Assembly: GCA_902575375.1 (NCBI GenBank)
Contig: CACGRD010000002.1
Coordinates: forward strand, 49,521 to 113,520
From: an uncultured Alphaproteobacteria bacterium
GTDB taxonomy: Bacteria; Pseudomonadota; Alphaproteobacteria; HIMB59; GCA-002718135
Reading direction: 5' to 3'
Length of the DNA: 64,000 nucleotides
Shown: one piece after another, positions 60,244-64,000 of the stretch
How positions within the stretch are numbered: position 1 is the first letter of the stretch
Layout of the letters: every line of letters starts with the position of its first letter
Position numbers and translations under genes: made by a program
The notes under the pieces: model-generated
Told to the model about the DNA's origin: nothing
The model's input: only the letters and a program-made list of their open reading frames with translations
The model's database searches: none

Positions 60244-61399
60244 GTTCTCTTATATAAAAATTATAAAGTTATATCTATTTTTAATTCTAGTATGTTTTTT
60301 AAATTTATTTTCAACATCTTCTATTAGTCATGAAATCAAGCCATCTATTGCAGATTTTACTTATGATGAAAAATATTTGAACTTTAAAATAAGATTAAAC
60401 GCTGAATTGATATTATCTAATATTGATGCATCTACTGTTTCTAATACAGATTCTTCATCACTAAGTGAAATTTATGATAAACTTAGAATTTTAAGCAAAA
60501 AAGATCTTCAAGAAATGTTTCAAAATTCTTGGAGTGAAATAAGTTCTAATATTAATATTAAAATTAATAATGAATCAAAGATAATTACTTTAATTAAAAC
60601 TGAAGTTGAAGATATTAAAAATTTTGAAATAAGTAGAGATACACATGTTTATTTTAGAGTTTTATTAGATAAAAAATCTGAACAATTTACATTTAGGTGG
60701 GTCAAAAACTACGGCCCAATTATTTTAAGAGAGAATAACAATAACAAAGTAGAAGACGAATTAGTAACAGAATATTTGCAATCAGGAATTGAATCAAGTC
60801 TATTTTCATTTAAGGAAAATAATTTTAGTAAAACATTTAATAGCTTTGCAAAATTTTTTGTATTAGGAATTCAACATATAATTCCAAAAGGATTAGATCA
60901 TATTTTATTCATATTTGGACTTTTTTTATTTTCATCATCTTTAAAAAAATTAATTTCTCAAATAACTATCTTTACTATTGCTCATTCAATTACCCTTATA
61001 TTTGTTTCTTTATCTTTAATGAGAATCAATCCTCAAATTGTTGAACCTATCATTGCACTTTCTATAGTTTATATCGGATTAGAAAATATTTTTAAAAAAT
61101 ATATAAAGGAATATTTAAGATATGTTGTAATCTTATTTTTTGGATTACTTCATGGTTTAGGATTTGCATTAGTTTTGAGTGATATAGGTTATAAGAGCAG
61201 TGATTTATTTGTAAATCTCATCTCGTTTAATCTTGGTATTGAAGTTGCTCAAATATCTATAGTATTAGCTTTATATCTATTAATTGCTTTAAACTTTGCA
61301 AAAAATAAAAATTATAGAATTTTTTTTCAAGTTCCATCTTCTATATTAATATCGAGTGTTGGGTTATATTGGTTTTTTGAAAGAATTAATTTAATTTAA
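60242..61399 (+). CDS. HupE/UreJ_2-family membrane protein with a periplasmic N-terminal domain of about 190 residues
   Basis: Signal peptide ending ...STSSIS, then HEIKPSIADF. The C-terminal half carries HupE/UreJ-type motifs GIQHIIPKGLDHILFIFGL, FTIAHSITL and FGLLHGLGFA across 5-6 TM segments. TAAGGT SD-like element 11 nt upstream of the ATG. Confidence 0.75.
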   Translation: MFSYIKIIKLYLFLILVCFLNLFSTSSISHEIKPSIADFTYDEKYLNFKIRLNAELILSNIDASTVSNTDSSSLSEIYDKLRILSKKDLQEMFQNSWSEISSNINIKINNESKIITLIKTEVEDIKNFEISRDTHVYFRVLLDKKSEQFTFRWVKNYGPIILRENNNNKVEDELVTEYLQSGIESSLFSFKENNFSKTFNSFAKFFVLGIQHIIPKGLDHILFIFGLFLFSSSLKKLISQITIFTIAHSITLIFVSLSLMRINPQIVEPIIALSIVYIGLENIFKKYIKEYLRYVVILFFGLLHGLGFALVLSDIGYKSSDLFVNLISFNLGIEVAQISIVLALYLLIALNFAKNKNYRIFFQVPSSILISSVGLYWFFERINLI

Positions 61400-61567
61400 T
61401 AAAATTTTTAGGCACGCTATGGGCACAATGAATTTGTAACTCAAGCTAAGAAATGCTTTTTTAATAATTCCTTCATTGTTAACATTATTTTAAATATTAA
61501 TTAAATAATGTTGAGATTCCTGTCTATTTTCGTTATTACATCAATTAAGCAATATGAAACAATTACA

Positions 61568-61659
61568 GGAGAGATGGGTGAGTGGCTTAAACCACAGGTT
61601 TGCTAAACCTGCGAAGGAAGTAATTCCTTCCGAGGGTTCGAATCCCTCTCTCTCCGCCA
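61568..61659 (+). tRNA. tRNA-Ser (anticodon GCU), class II with long variable arm and encoded CCA
   Basis: Manual cloverleaf: acceptor GGAGAGA/TCTCTCC; 3-bp D stem GGT/ACC; anticodon stem CAGGT/ACCTG with loop TTGCTAA; 7-bp variable stem GAAGGAA/TTCCTTC; T arm GAGGG-TTCGAAT-CCCTC; discriminator G plus CCA. Confidence 0.93.
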
Positions 61660-61665
61660 TATAAA

Positions 61666-62538
61666 ATGTTTAAAGGAAGTATACCAGCTGTTATTACACC
61701 ATTTATTGAAGATAAAGTTGATTACGATTCATTGCATAAAGTATTAACCTACTTGATTGATAATGGATCACATGGACTTGTTCCATGCGGCACTACTGGA
61801 GAATCTCCAACATTATCACACGATGAACATAAAAAAATAATTGAAGAAACAATAAAAATTACTGACAAAAGAATTCCTGTTATAGCTGGTACAGGTTCAA
61901 ATAATACTTTAGAGGCAATAGAATATACTGATCACGCAGAAAAATCAGGAGCTGATGCCGCTTTAATCGTTACACCATACTATAATAAACCAACTCAATT
62001 AGGATTATACGAGCATTTTAAAACAATTGCTGATAAAACTAATATTCCAATAATCATATATAATATTCCTGGTAGATCAATTGTCGATATGACTATTGAA
62101 ACAATGATTGAGTTATCAAAAATAAAGAATATCATTGGGGTTAAAGATGCGACTAATGATTTATTTAGACCATTACTGACCAGAAAAAAAATGCAAAATG
62201 ATTTTTGTTATCTCTCTGGAGAAGATGGAACAGCTCTAGCGTACTTAGTACAAGGTGGACACGGCTGTATATCTGTTACAGCTAATGTAGCTCCAAAATT
62301 ATGTTCAGAGATGCATTCAGCATGGCAAGAAAGAGATATTTCCAAAGCTCAAGAAATAAATTTAAAATTGTCATCTTTACATAATGCTTTATTTATAGAA
62401 TCAAGTCCAGGACCGGTTAAATATGCTGCCTCATTATTAGGATTGTGTAAGCAAGATACAAGACTTCCATTATCTAGAATTAATAATGATACAATGAAAC
62501 TAGTCAAAAGTTGTCTTCAAGATTTACAACTTTTATAA
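61666..62538 (+). CDS. dapA: 4-hydroxy-tetrahydrodipicolinate synthase
   Basis: MFKGSIPAVITPF...GTTGESPTLSHDEH...IIYNIPGRS...GVKDAT motifs. Confidence 0.96.
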   Translation: MFKGSIPAVITPFIEDKVDYDSLHKVLTYLIDNGSHGLVPCGTTGESPTLSHDEHKKIIEETIKITDKRIPVIAGTGSNNTLEAIEYTDHAEKSGADAALIVTPYYNKPTQLGLYEHFKTIADKTNIPIIIYNIPGRSIVDMTIETMIELSKIKNIIGVKDATNDLFRPLLTRKKMQNDFCYLSGEDGTALAYLVQGGHGCISVTANVAPKLCSEMHSAWQERDISKAQEINLKLSSLHNALFIESSPGPVKYAASLLGLCKQDTRLPLSRINNDTMKLVKSCLQDLQLL

Positions 62539-62985
62539 ATGAAAATAATTGCTGCTAATAATAGGGCAAATTATAATTATACTATATCGAATAAAATAGA
62601 TGCTGGTATTGTATTGACTGGATCTGAAGTTAAATCTTTGCGTACTAATACAGGATCTATAAGAGGCTCATATATAATTGAACAAAATGGTGAATTATGG
62701 CTTTCAAATTCATTTATTAAAAAATATCAAAATTCAAATGATACTAATTATGATCCAAATAGAAATAGAAAGTTATTAGTGACAAAAAAAGAATTTAACA
62801 AAATTTCTGGATCAATCAAACAAGGAGGTTTTACAATAATCCCAATTTCTTTATATTTTTCTGATAAAGGTATTGCAAAACTTACATGTGGAATTGCGAA
62901 AGGTAAGAAAAAAATCGATAAAAGACAATCAATAAAACAAAGGGATTGGAACATAAAAAAGCAAAGATTGCTTAAAAATAATTAA
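62539..62985 (+). CDS. smpB: SsrA-binding protein SmpB
   Basis: 148 aa with [14 protein letters not shown]...[21 protein letters not shown]...[11 protein letters not shown] motifs. Confidence 0.93.
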   Translation: MKIIAANNRANYNYTISNKIDAGIVLTGSEVKSLRTNTGSIRGSYIIEQNGELWLSNSFIKKYQNSNDTNYDPNRNRKLLVTKKEFNKISGSIKQGGFTIIPISLYFSDKGIAKLTCGIAKGKKKIDKRQSIKQRDWNIKKQRLLKNN

Positions 62986-62988
62986 CTA

Positions 62989-63016
62989 TTTACATTTAAA
63001 ATTTGATCTCTATAAG
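62989..63016 (+). promoter_or_regulatory. Candidate promoter for rpoZ-spoT that predicts a leaderless transcript
   Basis: TTTACA (62989-62994), 16-nt spacer, TATAAG (63011-63016). The rpoZ ATG begins at 63023, 6 nt after the -10 element. Confidence 0.3.
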
Positions 63017-63022
63017 CCTTAT

Positions 63023-63442
63023 ATGGCTAGAATAACAGTTGAAGATTGTATTGATAAATTTCCAAGTAGATTTGAATTAGTGTTAGTTGCTTCCAATAGA
63101 GCTAGAAAGCTTCACGCCGGCGAAGATCCCACTGTTGAAATTGATAATGATAAAAATACAGTTATTGCTCTTAGAGAGATCGCAGAAGAAACTATTACAG
63201 TAGAAAATCTTAAAAATAATCTGATAGAAGAATACCAAAATAGTATTTTTACAGAAGATGAAGATATTAATGAAATTGAAGATAGTAGCAATGATAATCA
63301 ATCTGCAGTAAGTGAATTAGAAATTGATGAAACAAATCAAGATAAAGAAAATACTAAACAAGAAGTTGAAGAAGCTCCTATTGAAAATCAACAAGATAAT
63401 TTAGATAATTCATCAGATGGAGATAAAGTACAAGATATTTAA
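63023..63442 (+). CDS. rpoZ: DNA-directed RNA polymerase subunit omega, with an acidic C-terminal extension
   Basis: [30 protein letters not shown] is the canonical omega N-terminus. The C-terminal 70 or so residues are D/E/N/Q-rich. Confidence 0.93.
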   Translation: MARITVEDCIDKFPSRFELVLVASNRARKLHAGEDPTVEIDNDKNTVIALREIAEETITVENLKNNLIEEYQNSIFTEDEDINEIEDSSNDNQSAVSELEIDETNQDKENTKQEVEEAPIENQQDNLDNSSDGDKVQDI

Positions 63443-63485
63443 CAAAGTTAATTTATAATTTAAGTAAATAATTTAAATATTATTT

Positions 63486-64000
63486 ATGGTTAAAGAAATT
63501 CACAAAGAAATAGAATCAATTACTTCTTATCTAAACGCTGAAGAACAAGATAAAGTAAGGCACGCACTTAAATTAAGCGAAGAAGCTCATAGTAATCAGC
63601 TTAGAAAATCAGGTGATCCTTTTATAACTCATCCATTGGAAGTTGCAAAAATATTGACTTCAATAAAGTTAGATGCAGATTCTATTGTAGCTGGTCTACT
63701 TCACGATACTCTTGAAGACACAAATTTAAATATAGAGGAAATTCATCTAAATTTTGGAAATCAAATAGTCGAACTTGTTGATGGATTAACAAAAATAAAT
63801 AAATATTCATTGAAAGTTAAAAATCAAAAATTTGGAGAAAATTATAAAAAATTAATTTTAGCTACAACTAAAGATTTAAGAGTTATCCTAGTAAAGTTAG
63901 CTGATAGATTACACAATATGCGAACAATTCAATTTCTTAAAGATGAAAATAAAAAAACTAAAATAGCTTTGGAAACATTAGAAGTTTTTGCTCCTTTGGC
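63486..64000 (+). CDS. spoT: Bifunctional (p)ppGpp synthetase/hydrolase (SpoT/RelA), N-terminal HD domain; 3' end cut by the window edge
   Basis: My own translation from the ATG at 63486 reads MVKEIHKEIE...AHSNQLRKSGDPFITHPLEVAKIL...AGLLHDTLEDT...LVKLADRLHNMRT... and stays open to the window end. It is absent from the ORF track because no stop is reached. Confidence 0.9.
   Translation, partial: MVKEIHKEIESITSYLNAEEQDKVRHALKLSEEAHSNQLRKSGDPFITHPLEVAKILTSIKLDADSIVAGLLHDTLEDTNLNIEEIHLNFGNQIVELVDGLTKINKYSLKVKNQKFGENYKKLILATTKDLRVILVKLADRLHNMRTIQFLKDENKKTKIALETLEVFAPL

Noticed and set aside
61465-61474. An exact 10-mer, TAATTCCTTC, is shared between the spacer (61465-61474) and the variable arm of tRNA-Ser (61621-61630). 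It could be an att-site remnant marking an integration event.
   Set aside because: The match does not extend by a single base on either side. It covers the variable arm rather than the T-arm/3' end normally duplicated by tRNA-targeting integrases. It lies 5' of the tRNA, not at the far end of a 3'-inserted element, and no integrase gene is nearby. It is worth rechecking only if comparative data show that the 59.0-61.4 kb module is variably present.
1-64000. I looked for CRISPR arrays, IS elements or transposase genes, prophage blocks, rRNA genes, tmRNA near smpB, and in-frame stop or frameshift pseudogenes.
   Set aside because: I saw no spaced direct-repeat arrays, no transposase or full-length integrase ORFs and no rRNA-like GC-rich structured stretches. 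The smpB flanks are only 0-37 nt. All conserved genes appear full-length. The only phage-like traces are the two short domain-level resemblances reported as findings.

Overview
This 64-kb window is very AT-rich (judged by eye, not computed) and extremely gene-dense. It reads as a streamlined alphaproteobacterial chromosome, most likely SAR11/Pelagibacterales-like; that assignment is inferred from gene order, composition and the tiny spacers. I call 65 protein-coding regions, two of them cut by the window edges, and one tRNA-Ser(GCU). I see no rRNA, CRISPR array, IS element or prophage. Most of the window is conserved housekeeping blocks: lolCD-dnaE; rpsB-tsf-pyrH-frr-uppS-cdsA-dxr-bamA-skp-lpxD-fabZ-lpxA-lpxI-lpxB; gltA-gltX-lexA-moaC-trpCDGE-ppiD; tpiA-secG-pyrG-kdsA-eno-ftsB-pdhABC-lipA; ispDF-pgpA-pncC; ntrYX-trkA; topA-plsY-pyrB-ruvX; gatCAB; dapA-smpB-rpoZ-spoT. 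Three loci look non-core and deserve a second look. (1) 59.0-61.6 kb holds a three-gene module next to tRNA-Ser: a DUF4198/CbiK-like periplasmic protein, a long HupE/UreJ-like permease and a small membrane protein. The start codons of the divergent pair overlap, and both secreted domains are predicted to mature to an N-terminal His-Glu. This is my best candidate for an uncharacterised metal-capture/uptake system. (2) pyrB carries a roughly 75-residue N-terminal extension that resembles an integrase arm-type DNA-binding domain. (3) A pepC-type cysteine aminopeptidase is translationally coupled to a 75-aa ORF6C-like (phage antirepressor-associated) gene. Other points of note: a perfect alphaproteobacterial SOS box (GTTC-N7-GTTC) 4 nt upstream of the lexA ATG; an NtrX whose AAA+ core looks degenerate; overlap at all four convergent gene junctions; a tRNA-Ser ending 6 nt before dapA; and several promoter-like elements that imply leaderless or near-leaderless mRNAs. 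All functional calls come from reading the supplied translations for family motifs. No database search was run.
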